Source: Acidimicrobiia bacterium (GTDB lineage: Bacteria; Actinomycetota; Acidimicrobiia; Spongiisociales; ZC4RG35). From it: a DNA stretch of 64,000 bases. The stretch spans positions 1,344,001 through 1,408,000 of the forward strand of contig OZ244034.1 in assembly GCA_965215185.1 (NCBI GenBank), written 5' to 3'. The position numbers and the translations under genes were made by a program. Below, piece by piece: positions 46,618-55,731 of the stretch (within the stretch, counting starts at the first letter, position 1; the number at the start of each line of letters is the position of its first letter). The notes under the pieces were generated by a model that was not told the DNA's origin, searched no databases, and worked only from the letters and a program-made list of their open reading frames with translations.

Positions 46618-47726
46618 CGCAGTTTTTGTGACTCCGACAGGATCAGCGCCGGAGCGGTCGGTCCACGAAACACCAAAGCGCTCCAATACTGAACCGCCGC
46701 CGCTCCCCGGGCACGAAAGTCCTGGAAACTGGGACCGTCCAGCACTCCCCCACAACCCACTATCTCAAAATCCAGACGCAGTTGCCGACGGGCCGATGCC
46801 AATTCCTGCACCGCCGCGAGGGCCCGAGCGTGAAGAGAGGCGCCCCCCACCCCCACTCCGATCTCAGTCCCCGAAAGCTGGCCCGGCGCGGTATTGGTGG
46901 CAACCACCGCCTCGGCTCCCCCCTCCACCGCCGCTTGGGCGATGGCGCCATATCGCCCCTCGCCCACATCGGGGCCCACCTTCACCCACAGGGCGGTTTC
47001 TTCGGCCAGTTCACCGCGAACCGCCCGGCACAGGCGGTTCACCTCCTCGGGAAGAGCGGCATGTTCATATCCCTGGGGCACATTGGGGCAACTGATGTTC
47101 ACAGTGGTCCAAGCGGGGCGGAGTCCAGCCTCGTGAAACAAACGAGCCGCCTCGGCCACCTCATCATTACGGCGGATGGGATCGGTCTGATCGGGGTCGG
47201 AGGCCAGGCTGATCCCGTAGACATCGGGAAGATCATCCGACCGCCCGGCCAAGAATGCCGAAGCCGCGGCGGCTCCCGGGTTGCGAAGACCCACCCGGTT
47301 AAGCAGGCTGTGATTGGCTGTATCCCGCCACAGCACCTGTCCGGTATTGCCCAACCGCGGGTAGGGGGTGAAAGATCCCATCTCCACCGGTCCCAAGAGA
47401 GCTGCCACCGATCGCCATCCCGGGATGACGTTGCGACCCCCCTCCACCGCCCGCATCGCCCCGTCTTCGGTGGCGAATCCCTCCCCCTTGACCAGCCCGG
47501 CCGCCAAGATGAGCGGCGATTCCAGGCTGACGCGGCCCACCTGGGCGGGAGAAGCGGACCGCAGCCGATAACGGGCCGCGGCCCTGCACAGGCCCGATCG
47601 CCGATCCAAAGCTCCCAAACGCCTGATGATCAGTCGGTGCGCCTCGTCGGCGGATCGGGCGAAAAGAAAACGGCGCAGCACCCGATAGATGGCCTCCCCG
47701 GCCGCGAGTTCAATAGATGTTGGCAT
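46614..47726 (-). CDS. pyrD: dihydroorotate dehydrogenase (divergent, class-2-like with Cys base)
   Basis: N-terminal EAH helix, LAAG, GSFTPYPRLGN, NRVGLRNPG, NISCPN, VKVGPD, ATNT, GCGGV. Confidence 0.88.
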   Translation of the reverse strand: MPTSIELAAGEAIYRVLRRFLFARSADEAHRLIIRRLGALDRRSGLCRAAARYRLRSASPAQVGRVSLESPLILAAGLVKGEGFATEDGAMRAVEGGRNVIPGWRSVAALLGPVEMGSFTPYPRLGNTGQVLWRDTANHSLLNRVGLRNPGAAAASAFLAGRSDDLPDVYGISLASDPDQTDPIRRNDEVAEAARLFHEAGLRPAWTTVNISCPNVPQGYEHAALPEEVNRLCRAVRGELAEETALWVKVGPDVGEGRYGAIAQAAVEGGAEAVVATNTAPGQLSGTEIGVGVGGASLHARALAAVQELASARRQLRLDFEIVGCGGVLDGPSFQDFRARGAAAVQYWSALVFRGPTAPALILSESQKLR

Positions 47727-48792
47727 ATAGGTTCGATCCGAATCCCTTCGGCGCCAAGACTTCACCGTCCTCGAAAACCACCCTACCCCGGATAACCACT
47801 CTTCTCACCACTGCCCGCACTTGCATTCCCGAAAACGGCGTCCAGCCACATGAAGTGTAGAGACCATCGGATGTGACAATCCGGTGGGCGTCGGTGTCCA
47901 CCAGCGTGTAGGTCTCGGCCGGGTCGGGATCCAAACCGAAAATGCGGCGGGGAGCAACCGAGACCAATTCGACCGCTCGCTGCAAAGAGAGCCGCCCCTC
48001 CCGGACCGCCGTGAATAGGACAGGAATGGTGGTCTCCAATCCCGGAACTCCAAAGGGTGTGGGATCGCCCAGTTTCTCTTCCCAGGTGTGTGGGGCGTGA
48101 TCGGACTCCACCACGTCTATCACCCTCTGCCGTATCCCCTCCCACAGCGCCTCTCGGTCCGATGGGGTGCCGAGAGGTGGTTTCATCACCCCCTTGGGAC
48201 CCAGTTCAGAAAGGTCCCCGTCGGTGAAGAACAGGTGATGAGGGCAGACCCCGGCCGTTATTTGAGTCCCCCGGCCCTTGTGTTCAGCCACCTCGGAGAC
48301 CGCCCGGGCGGTGTCGATATGACAAAGATGGCCTCTCTTTCCGTGCCGGGCCAGCGACGCCAGGAACCTGCCCACCATTTCCCCTTCGGCGTGAGCGGCC
48401 AGCACCCCCGGACCCGGCCAGGAGACGACCTGGTGATCCATCTGGGATGGGGTGATGGTCAGCCCTCCGGTAGTGTGCCCGCAATAGAGCTTGATGCCGC
48501 ACACCCCCCGGGAGAGAAGGGCCAACTCTGCGTCACTTCTCACCCCCGAGGGGTGAGCGCCCAGCCATACCCCGTAATCACAGTGGGCGTTTTCCGCCAG
48601 ATCGGCCAGCTTGCGCTCCAGACCGGAACGGTCGGTGGTGGGCGGAGGAGCGTTGGGCATGTCCAAAACAGCCGTGTATCCTCCCGCCAGGGCAGCGGCG
48701 GTCTCGGTTGCGAAATCCCCCTTGTGCGCCCACTCCATCCCCCGCAGGTGAACATGGGGATCAATCGCCCCGACGATACGCACCAGACTCAT
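47710..48792 (-). CDS. pyrC: dihydroorotase (CAD-like type)
   Basis: DPHVHLR, DMPN, GIKLY, HAE, HLCH, CPHHL, SDHAPH, GVPGLET. Confidence 0.92.
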   Translation of the reverse strand: MSLVRIVGAIDPHVHLRGMEWAHKGDFATETAAALAGGYTAVLDMPNAPPPTTDRSGLERKLADLAENAHCDYGVWLGAHPSGVRSDAELALLSRGVCGIKLYCGHTTGGLTITPSQMDHQVVSWPGPGVLAAHAEGEMVGRFLASLARHGKRGHLCHIDTARAVSEVAEHKGRGTQITAGVCPHHLFFTDGDLSELGPKGVMKPPLGTPSDREALWEGIRQRVIDVVESDHAPHTWEEKLGDPTPFGVPGLETTIPVLFTAVREGRLSLQRAVELVSVAPRRIFGLDPDPAETYTLVDTDAHRIVTSDGLYTSCGWTPFSGMQVRAVVRRVVIRGRVVFEDGEVLAPKGFGSNLYANIY

Positions 48793-48844
48793 GATCCTCT
48801 CGCCCCCATCTGGCCCAAACACCCAACCGCCAGCCTCGAGAACC

Positions 48845-49528
48845 TCATTTGGCTGCCCGAAGGGCTGCGATCATCTTCATAACCTGCGCCGCTGCTTGGT
48901 CAGGACTGAGAGCGGTGGTATCGAGCACCACCGCATCGGGCATCCGACGCAAGGGTGAAACAGCCCGGGCGGCGTCCTTTTCGTCCCGGCGGGCCAGGCT
49001 TTCGGCTACCTGCCCGGCGTCCGGCGCCGAGGCCAGTTCGGCCGTGCGACGACGGGCCCGCTCGTCCGAGGATGCGGTCAGGTAGATCTTCACCGGGGCA
49101 TCGGGGAAAACCACCGAACCGATGTCCCGTCCCTCCACCACCGCCGATCCTCCCCGATCCCGCACCCAGAGGCGTTGGCGTTCCACCAGAATCTTTCGCA
49201 CCCCCGGCAACGCCGCCACCCGGCTGGTAGCCTCCGTCACCCGGGGGGTCCTGATCTCGGTCTCCACATCCTGGTCATCCAGGCAGGTTCGCCCCTCCCC
49301 CTGACCGATCGACGCTCGGCGCACCACCTCCACCGCCGCCGTTTCATTTTCGGGGTCAACACCCGACCGAAGAACTGCCAATGCCGCAGCCCGGTAAAAA
49401 GCTCCAGTGTCCAGACACGCCAGCCCCAGTTCCGAGGCCACCCGCCGGGCCAAAGTGCTCTTGCCGCCGGCCGCCGGGCCGTCGATGGCGACCACCCCCA
49501 GCCACCCCCCGTCCTGACCGATACTCAC
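48845..49528 (-). CDS. cmk: cytidylate kinase
   Basis: AIDGPAAGGKST, LDTGAFYR, EGRDIG; GTG 49528 overlaps aroA stop. Confidence 0.95.
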   Translation of the reverse strand: MSIGQDGGWLGVVAIDGPAAGGKSTLARRVASELGLACLDTGAFYRAAALAVLRSGVDPENETAAVEVVRRASIGQGEGRTCLDDQDVETEIRTPRVTEATSRVAALPGVRKILVERQRLWVRDRGGSAVVEGRDIGSVVFPDAPVKIYLTASSDERARRRTAELASAPDAGQVAESLARRDEKDAARAVSPLRRMPDAVVLDTTALSPDQAAAQVMKMIAALRAAK

Positions 49529-50808
49529 AGTGTGTCCAACATAGCGAAAAAGCCGGGCCAGGTCTTGGTTACGCACCCCGGGTTCAAGATCTCCACCCCG
49601 GACTGGCGTAGCCCCACCAGCGCGAACGACATGGCCATGCGGTGATCGTCGTAGGTGTGGAATCGGGCGGGGCGAAGCCTTTTGGGACGGATGATCAGAT
49701 CGTCTCCCTCCACCACCGCCTCGGCCCCGGCCCTCGACAGTTCCCGGGAGAGGGCGGCCAGGCGGTCGGTCTCCTTGAGGCGCAAGGTGCCCAGATTTCG
49801 CAGTCGACTGGGTCCATCAGCGAACAGACACACCACCGCCAGGCCCAGCACCGCGTCGGGCATGCCACCCATATCCCGGTCCACTCCCTGCAGGGCTCCC
49901 TCCGTGGGACCCTCCACCACCAGTCGGGCTCCCAACCAGCGGACCGAGCATCCCATCTCCTCCATGACCTCCGTTATCGCCATATCGGCCTGGGTGGATC
50001 GGGAACAAAGGCCCTCGATCCCCACCACGCCGCCGGTGATGGCCGCCGCAGCCATCGGATAGACCGCCGCCGAGGCATCGGCTTCTATCTCGAAGTGCGA
50101 CGCCCGGTACCCGCCCGGATTCACCCGAAACACGGTGCCCGCATCGCCTTCCACTTCGGCTCCGAAGGCCCGCATTACATCCAGGGTGGTCTGCACATAG
50201 GGACCGGAAACCATTTCACCCCGGGTGTGGATGGTCATCTCCTCCTCGGCCATGGGCGCCGCCATCAATAGCGCCGATAAGAACTGGGAAGATCGGGAGA
50301 CATCCACACTGATCTGTCCACCCGAAAGTCCGCCGCCCCGCACTGTCACAGGAAAATACCCCCCATAAGTTTCGATCCGGACTCCGGCTTCGCTCAAAGC
50401 CGCGGTCAAGTCTTCGATGGGCCGCTCTCTCATCCGCCTCGTACCGTCGATCCTCACCGGGCCGGGCGCCAGGGCGGCCACCGCCGTGAGGAAACGGGCG
50501 GTGGTGCCCGACGCTCCCACGTCCAGCACCCCACTGGGAGCAGACAGTTGTCCGCCGGTTCCCAACACCAGCCAGGGGTCGTCGACATCGTCGATCAACA
50601 CTCCCAATTGCCGCAAGCCCTCTCGCATCACCTCGGTGTCGTCCGCCTCGAGCGGCCCCGCCAGACGACTGGCGCCTCCCTTGGCTAAAGACGCGATCAC
50701 CAAGGCGCGGTTGGTGATGCTCTTGGAACCGGGGGGCCGCACCACCCCCTCTACCGGGTGTCTACGCACCGCTATTTCCACTAACGGGGGGAAGTCTGTC
50801 TCCACCAT
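49525..50808 (-). CDS. aroA: EPSP synthase
   Basis: PGSKSITNR, SGTTARF, SSQFLSALL, RLKETDR, DDHRMAM, KTWP. Confidence 0.96.
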   Translation of the reverse strand: MVETDFPPLVEIAVRRHPVEGVVRPPGSKSITNRALVIASLAKGGASRLAGPLEADDTEVMREGLRQLGVLIDDVDDPWLVLGTGGQLSAPSGVLDVGASGTTARFLTAVAALAPGPVRIDGTRRMRERPIEDLTAALSEAGVRIETYGGYFPVTVRGGGLSGGQISVDVSRSSQFLSALLMAAPMAEEEMTIHTRGEMVSGPYVQTTLDVMRAFGAEVEGDAGTVFRVNPGGYRASHFEIEADASAAVYPMAAAAITGGVVGIEGLCSRSTQADMAITEVMEEMGCSVRWLGARLVVEGPTEGALQGVDRDMGGMPDAVLGLAVVCLFADGPSRLRNLGTLRLKETDRLAALSRELSRAGAEAVVEGDDLIIRPKRLRPARFHTYDDHRMAMSFALVGLRQSGVEILNPGCVTKTWPGFFAMLDTL

Positions 50809-50815
50809 GCCGAGC

Positions 50816-51568
50816 CTATTGCCCCGACGCCGCCCGATAAAGCGCCGCCACCTCCTGGCTTGACAGCTTGCGCCACCTTCCTGGACGAAGTGACACATCG
50901 CGAAGTGGTCCGATCGCCACCCTCACCAGCCGACGGACCGGATAACCAATCGCCTCCATCATCCGCCTTATCTCCTGGTTTCGCCCCTCGCCCATCACCA
51001 ATTCCAGTTGCGCCTCCCGTGCGGTGCGATCCACCAGCCGGGCCTGCAGCGCCCAGGCCGGTCCGTCCTCCAGTTGCACGCCCTTGGTCAGCCGACGGAC
51101 CGTGGCCGGCCCGGGCACGCCCTCCACCAGCACCCTGTAGGTCTTGGAGACTCCATAGCGGGGGTGGGTGACCAGGTTGGTCAACTCGCCGTCGTTGCTC
51201 AACAGGATCAGACCTTCGCTGCGACGGTCAAGCCTTCCCACCGGCCACACCCGGGGATGGTCAGGCACCAGATCCACCACCTTCTCCGAGGCGTGGGGAT
51301 CAGAAGTGGTGGAGATCACCCACAGCGGTTTGTTGAGCAGGTAGGTAATCAGATGGGGAGCCAGGGGTATGGGCGCCCCGTCCACTTTCACCACCGAGCG
51401 GGCCGGGTCAACCCGATCACCCAGCCGAGCCTGCCGCCCGTCGATGGTCACCCTTCCCTGTGCGACAAGAACCTCCGCCGCCCTCCGAGACATCAACCCG
51501 GCGGCGGAGATGGCCTTCTGCAGCCGTACCCGGCTATCCGGGGCGGAGTGACGCGGCGGCAAGGTCAT
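50816..51568 (-). CDS. rluB: RsuA/RluB family pseudouridine synthase
   Basis: S4 RLQKAIS..G..SRR, VGRLD, EGRNQEIRRM. Confidence 0.93.
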   Translation of the reverse strand: MTLPPRHSAPDSRVRLQKAISAAGLMSRRAAEVLVAQGRVTIDGRQARLGDRVDPARSVVKVDGAPIPLAPHLITYLLNKPLWVISTTSDPHASEKVVDLVPDHPRVWPVGRLDRRSEGLILLSNDGELTNLVTHPRYGVSKTYRVLVEGVPGPATVRRLTKGVQLEDGPAWALQARLVDRTAREAQLELVMGEGRNQEIRRMMEAIGYPVRRLVRVAIGPLRDVSLRPGRWRKLSSQEVAALYRAASGQ

Positions 51569-52088
51569 CCACCACCTCCGGTGAGGGTACGCGATCCGAT
51601 AATGGCGGCAACTCCTCCAAGCTGCCCAAACCCAGCTTCTCCAACAACAATTCGGTGGTTCCGTACAGAATGGCAGAGCCGGGAACCGCGAGTCGTCCAA
51701 CCACCTCGATCAACCCGGTCTTCTCCAGAGTGCGCAGCGGCGAAGTGGACTCTACCCCTCGGATTTCGTTGATCTGGTTTCTCGACACCGGTTGTCGATA
51801 GGTGATCACCGCCAACACCTCCTGAGCGGGAAGTGACAGCCTGCGGATCGGGTCACGACCCACGAATCCCTCCACATAATCAGACAACTCGGGACGGGTA
51901 TAAAGACGCCACCCCCCCGCCACCTGCTCCAGACACAGGCCTCTGTCGGGCGAATTGAGGCGGCGAGACAGCGCCTCCAGTTCCGACTGCACCTCGCTTG
52001 GGGCGATTGCCAGGACCTCGCAAAGGCGCCGGGACGATACCGGCGCTTCCGCCACGAATAAGATGGCCTCCAAGGCGGCGGCTCTCAC
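51534..52088 (-). CDS. scpB: SMC-Scp complex subunit ScpB
   Basis: LEAILFVA, VAGGWRLYTR, YRQPVSR, IRGV, YGTT; GTG 52088. Confidence 0.93.
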   Translation of the reverse strand: MRAAALEAILFVAEAPVSSRRLCEVLAIAPSEVQSELEALSRRLNSPDRGLCLEQVAGGWRLYTRPELSDYVEGFVGRDPIRRLSLPAQEVLAVITYRQPVSRNQINEIRGVESTSPLRTLEKTGLIEVVGRLAVPGSAILYGTTELLLEKLGLGSLEELPPLSDRVPSPEVVDDLAAASLRPG

Positions 52089-52861
52089 GCTAAACCCGCC
52101 CCGGCCATCATCGAAGCCGCAGCCATGCTCCGTCGAACCCTGATGGAATTCTGGGCCGCCGACTGGGATACCCTCACCTTCCCCTCCCGCACCAACTCCA
52201 TGAGCCCCATGAACCAGGCTGCCTGTTCGACCCGGTCCGCGCAGTGCAGCGCCAAAGCCCCAAAAGAGGAATCGCCCACCTCCCCTATCATGCGCCACAA
52301 CTCTGCCGTCGCCTCTTCCACGGTGGGAAGATCCATGGCCAGATGATCGAGGTCGGGAATGGATGGAGACCGCGACAGAAGCTCGGTGAGCAGATCGACC
52401 AGGTTTTCCGAATCGAGCCTGAACGCCAAATCGGGAGTGGTGTCTATCTTTGACCAGTCGGGACCTACCTGCCGGGCTTTCCAGGCGGACCGGCGCTTCA
52501 GCCGCTCGGCCATTTCCTCCATCACGCCGGCGAAGGTGACATGGGCCAACCTGAACCACAGTTCACGGTCGGGATTGGCGATGGGTTCCTCTTCGGTCAG
52601 ATCCCGACCCGAACCCAACATCCTGCGGGCCTTCAGCCGACAAAGCAAGGCCAGCACCAGTACGAATTCGCTGATGTGCTCCAACTCCACCGGGGTTCCC
52701 TCGGCAAGCTCAGTGAGAAACCCCTCCACCAACCGGGAGAGGCTCAGTTCGGACGGGTCTATTCGATCAGCGACGACCAAATCGTAGAACAGATCGATGG
52801 GCCCCTCATAGGCGTCGGTGGAGATGTGATAGCTGGTGGTCACCAACCGGGATGCTATCAA
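52085..52861 (-). CDS. scpA: segregation/condensation protein ScpA
   Basis: YEGPIDL, EFVL.LA.L.RLKAR, FMGLMELVR; start may be GTG 52843. Confidence 0.88.
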   Translation of the reverse strand: MIASRLVTTSYHISTDAYEGPIDLFYDLVVADRIDPSELSLSRLVEGFLTELAEGTPVELEHISEFVLVLALLCRLKARRMLGSGRDLTEEEPIANPDRELWFRLAHVTFAGVMEEMAERLKRRSAWKARQVGPDWSKIDTTPDLAFRLDSENLVDLLTELLSRSPSIPDLDHLAMDLPTVEEATAELWRMIGEVGDSSFGALALHCADRVEQAAWFMGLMELVREGKVRVSQSAAQNSIRVRRSMAAASMMAGAGLA

Positions 52862-53355
52862 AAACCGGCCTCTTTGTGGGGCTTATCGGTTTCACACAAC
52901 GCATCCCAGACCTGCCGTTTGATTCCCGGGGGCCGGACCCCGTGATGACAGCGGGCGAACTCCACCACCAGAGGCTCGGCGCCCCAGCCAGACAGTTCCT
53001 CTGATCCGATCGGGCCATGATCGCGGTATAGGCGAGCGCTCCTCCAAAGCGGCAACCGCAGTCGAATGGCCACCGACGCCACCGCCCGGCCCACCAACCC
53101 CAACCCCGCATGTCGCTTTCCGATGTCGTGCAACAGCGCCGCCCGAACCGCGCTAGGGTCGGCGCCCAGAGCTATCTGCACCGCGCGGGCCGCGTCATGC
53201 CCGTGCCGCTGGTCGGCCACCGATTGTTCACCAAAGGCCGACCACTCGGTTTCGGTCAGCCAACTCTCCACCCACACCCGTTCTGCGGTCTCAAGCGGCG
53301 CCGAACGGGTGGCCTCCCAGAATCGCTTGGCCAGATGAGGCCAGGTTCCCGGCAA
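52858..53355 (-). CDS. HD-domain protein
   Basis: DQRHG, ALLHDIGK, DHG, HH, terminal D. Confidence 0.85.
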   Translation of the reverse strand: MPGTWPHLAKRFWEATRSAPLETAERVWVESWLTETEWSAFGEQSVADQRHGHDAARAVQIALGADPSAVRAALLHDIGKRHAGLGLVGRAVASVAIRLRLPLWRSARLYRDHGPIGSEELSGWGAEPLVVEFARCHHGVRPPGIKRQVWDALCETDKPHKEAGF

Positions 53356-53361
53356 CGCCCC

Positions 53362-53712
53362 TCAGTTCCGAGTCGACTTGCAGGAAACGCAATAAACCGA
53401 CTCGGGGCGGAAATCCAAACGGGCGGCGCCGATCAGTTTGAAGCATCGCATGCAAGATCCGTATTTACCATTCTCCACCCTCGATAGCGCCAGATCCACC
53501 GCGTCGAGTTTCTTCTTGAGCGCCCGGATGACTCCGATCCGTTCGGTTCGCTCGGCAGTGATCGCCGGTGCGTCGGAAAACCCGTGGCCCTGATTGAGAC
53601 CGGCCCGCAACTCTCCGGTCTCGGTGGCCCCCAACTCATTGAGTTGGTGCACCAGACCGTGGCGGTCGGCAGTCAGGGTGGCCCTGGCTCGGGTTAAATC
53701 AATCTCGCTCAT
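53362..53712 (-). CDS. second TraR/DksA-type C4 zinc-finger protein
   Basis: AL.RV..GKYGSCMRC..I..ARL..RP..CVSC. Confidence 0.85.
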   Translation of the reverse strand: MSEIDLTRARATLTADRHGLVHQLNELGATETGELRAGLNQGHGFSDAPAITAERTERIGVIRALKKKLDAVDLALSRVENGKYGSCMRCFKLIGAARLDFRPESVYCVSCKSTRN

Positions 53713-54590
53713 CGGCTTCTAGGATGTGATAGTAGGTAGACCTCCTGCAAATAGCCGGGGGATATGCGGGTATAAACTTCGGTGGTGGCGAGACTGGCAT
53801 GTCCAAGAATCTCCTGAACAGCCCTCAGGTCCGCCCCGCCCTCCACCATATGGGTGGCGGCGGAGTGTCGCATAACGTGGGGTGAGACCTGATCGGTAGA
53901 TAATCCGGCTCGCTCGGCCGCCTTTTTGACGATTCCCCAAGCTCCGATTCTGGTTAACCGAGAGCCCCGCAGATTCAAGAAGACCGCTTGGGTTCCTCCT
54001 TTGGCAAGCTCCAGGCGGTCCACAAGCCAATGGCGCACCGCCCGGCGGGCTGCTTCGCCCAACACCGTCACCCGCTGCCGGGAGCCCTTGCCGGTAACCA
54101 GCGCAATCCCCTCTTCTGTGTCGAGTTGGCCAAGGTCGAGACCGACCGCTTCGCTCACCCGACATCCGGTGCTGTACAGAAACTCCAGTAACGCGGCGTC
54201 TCGGCGCCCCCCAACCGTGGTCAACTGCGGCGTCTCCAACAAAGCAAACACCTCATGGGTGCTCAACGCCTTGGGAAGACGCCGGGGTTGTTTGGGCGCC
54301 GTTATCCCGATGGTCGGATCATCTTCGGCGCCTTCCTCCTCGCACAAGAAGCGATGAAACCCCTTCACTGCGGCGAGCTTGCGGGCAACAGACCCCGGGG
54401 AGAGTCCCAGTTCGGTGAGCCACTCCAAAAAGGCCCCCACCGGGGCGGCATCCACCCGACCTTCCCCCACAAACTGCAAGTACTGACCCAGATCCCGCCG
54501 ATAGGCCATAAGGGTGTTGTCCGCCAAACCCCGCTCGTAGGCCAGGGAGGTCAAATAGTTCTCAAGCATGGTGTGAGAGTCTGTACCCAT
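53709..54590 (-). CDS. xerD: tyrosine recombinase XerD
   Basis: YRRDL, RLPKAL, GCRVSE, GKG, HVMRHS, GHAS..TT..Y; housekeeping nudF-xerD-scpA context. Confidence 0.93.
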   Translation of the reverse strand: MGTDSHTMLENYLTSLAYERGLADNTLMAYRRDLGQYLQFVGEGRVDAAPVGAFLEWLTELGLSPGSVARKLAAVKGFHRFLCEEEGAEDDPTIGITAPKQPRRLPKALSTHEVFALLETPQLTTVGGRRDAALLEFLYSTGCRVSEAVGLDLGQLDTEEGIALVTGKGSRQRVTVLGEAARRAVRHWLVDRLELAKGGTQAVFLNLRGSRLTRIGAWGIVKKAAERAGLSTDQVSPHVMRHSAATHMVEGGADLRAVQEILGHASLATTEVYTRISPGYLQEVYLLSHPRSR

Positions 54591-54813
54591 CCATCTGATT
54601 ATTGGGGTGAACAAGCCTCTGATCACGGATTTAGGCGCCGGAGACCTCTAAACGGCGGGCGGCAGGGCCTCGGTCCTGTGTTTTTGTGTATTCGGACCGG
54701 GGATTTGGCGAAAGAAAGGAAGTTATTGCTTCACAGATCGCAGACGCATGAAATATATTGAAAAGGCAAGGTCCCACCAGAGACAACGCCACAAGACGCT
54801 AGGAGAGGGAACA

Positions 54814-55148
54814 ATGTCGATAGGTATACCGTCTGTTGAGGAAGACTGTTCGGCGCCCGCCACCAAGGGAGATCTGAAGTTGGTCAATGCCGATCTGCAT
54901 ATGGTCAAAGCGGACCTGAAGACGCTCGACTCGGACCTGCGGGCGGAAATGGCCAAGATGGACCGCAACTTGAGGGGAGTGATCGGTAGGCAAAGCGACA
55001 ATCTGAACAACAGAATTGACGATCTGAAAGACAAAATCAGTGATCTTAGAGAAGAGATCTCCAAGTTGCGGGGGTCAATGGCCTGGATGACCGTGGCAGT
55101 GGTATGGGACTGGGCGGCTTGATGACCCTCTTCCAGTTTCTGTCATAG
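54814..55148 (+). pseudogene. DUF1640/CCDC90-like coiled-coil protein with frameshifted C-terminal TM anchor
   Basis: RBS AGGAGAGG; ATKGDL heptads; reading frame stops at 55122 but hydrophobic tail MGLGGLMTLFQFLS* continues in a shifted frame to TAG 55148. Confidence 0.6.
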
Positions 55149-55188
55149 GACCAACCGGCGGGAACAATGAAAGTGGCGCGCCAACCGG

Positions 55189-55731
55189 TCAGGCGCCCGA
55201 TCTCCTCCCGGCGGCCCAGCGCAGCAGCGCCACCACCGTCTTGGCATCGCGGATCTCTTGTGATTCGATCATCTCCAAAGCCTCGCTCAGCTTCACCCGG
55301 ATCACCTGGGCGCTGCGCTCCTCCGCGCCGTCGGGACTTCGCTCCCCCTGGATGAGCCCGTCGGCTGCAAATAGGGTGATGCGCTCATCGGTATAACCCG
55401 GGGAGGGAAGAATCTCCCCCAGGCCGATCAGTCGCTCGGCTCGAATACCCGTTTCCTCCCAAAGCTCCCGCCGGGCCGCCTCCACCGCTGACAACTCGCC
55501 CTCCTCCAGCTTACCGGCCGGAATCTCCACAACATCTTCTCCCACAGCCGCCCGGTACTGACGAATCAATGTCACCTCCGCTCCCCACACCGGCAGCACC
55601 CCCACCCCTCCCCGGTGGCGGATCACATCCCGGACCACCGCGGCGCCGTCTTCGGTCAATAGGTGAAGACGCTGATAGTCGAGGATTCTCCCCCGACCCA
55701 CGGTGCGAACGCCCAGCAGCCGAAAGCTCAC
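55189..55731 (-). CDS. nudF: NUDIX hydrolase (ADP-ribose pyrophosphatase)
   Basis: [29 protein letters not shown]. Confidence 0.92.
   Translation of the reverse strand: MSFRLLGVRTVGRGRILDYQRLHLLTEDGAAVVRDVIRHRGGVGVLPVWGAEVTLIRQYRAAVGEDVVEIPAGKLEEGELSAVEAARRELWEETGIRAERLIGLGEILPSPGYTDERITLFAADGLIQGERSPDGAEERSAQVIRVKLSEALEMIESQEIRDAKTVVALLRWAAGRRSGA

Noticed and set aside
53709-54590. Tyrosine recombinase as a prophage or island integrase
   Set aside because: XerD length, motifs and housekeeping synteny; no att/tRNA site or phage genes
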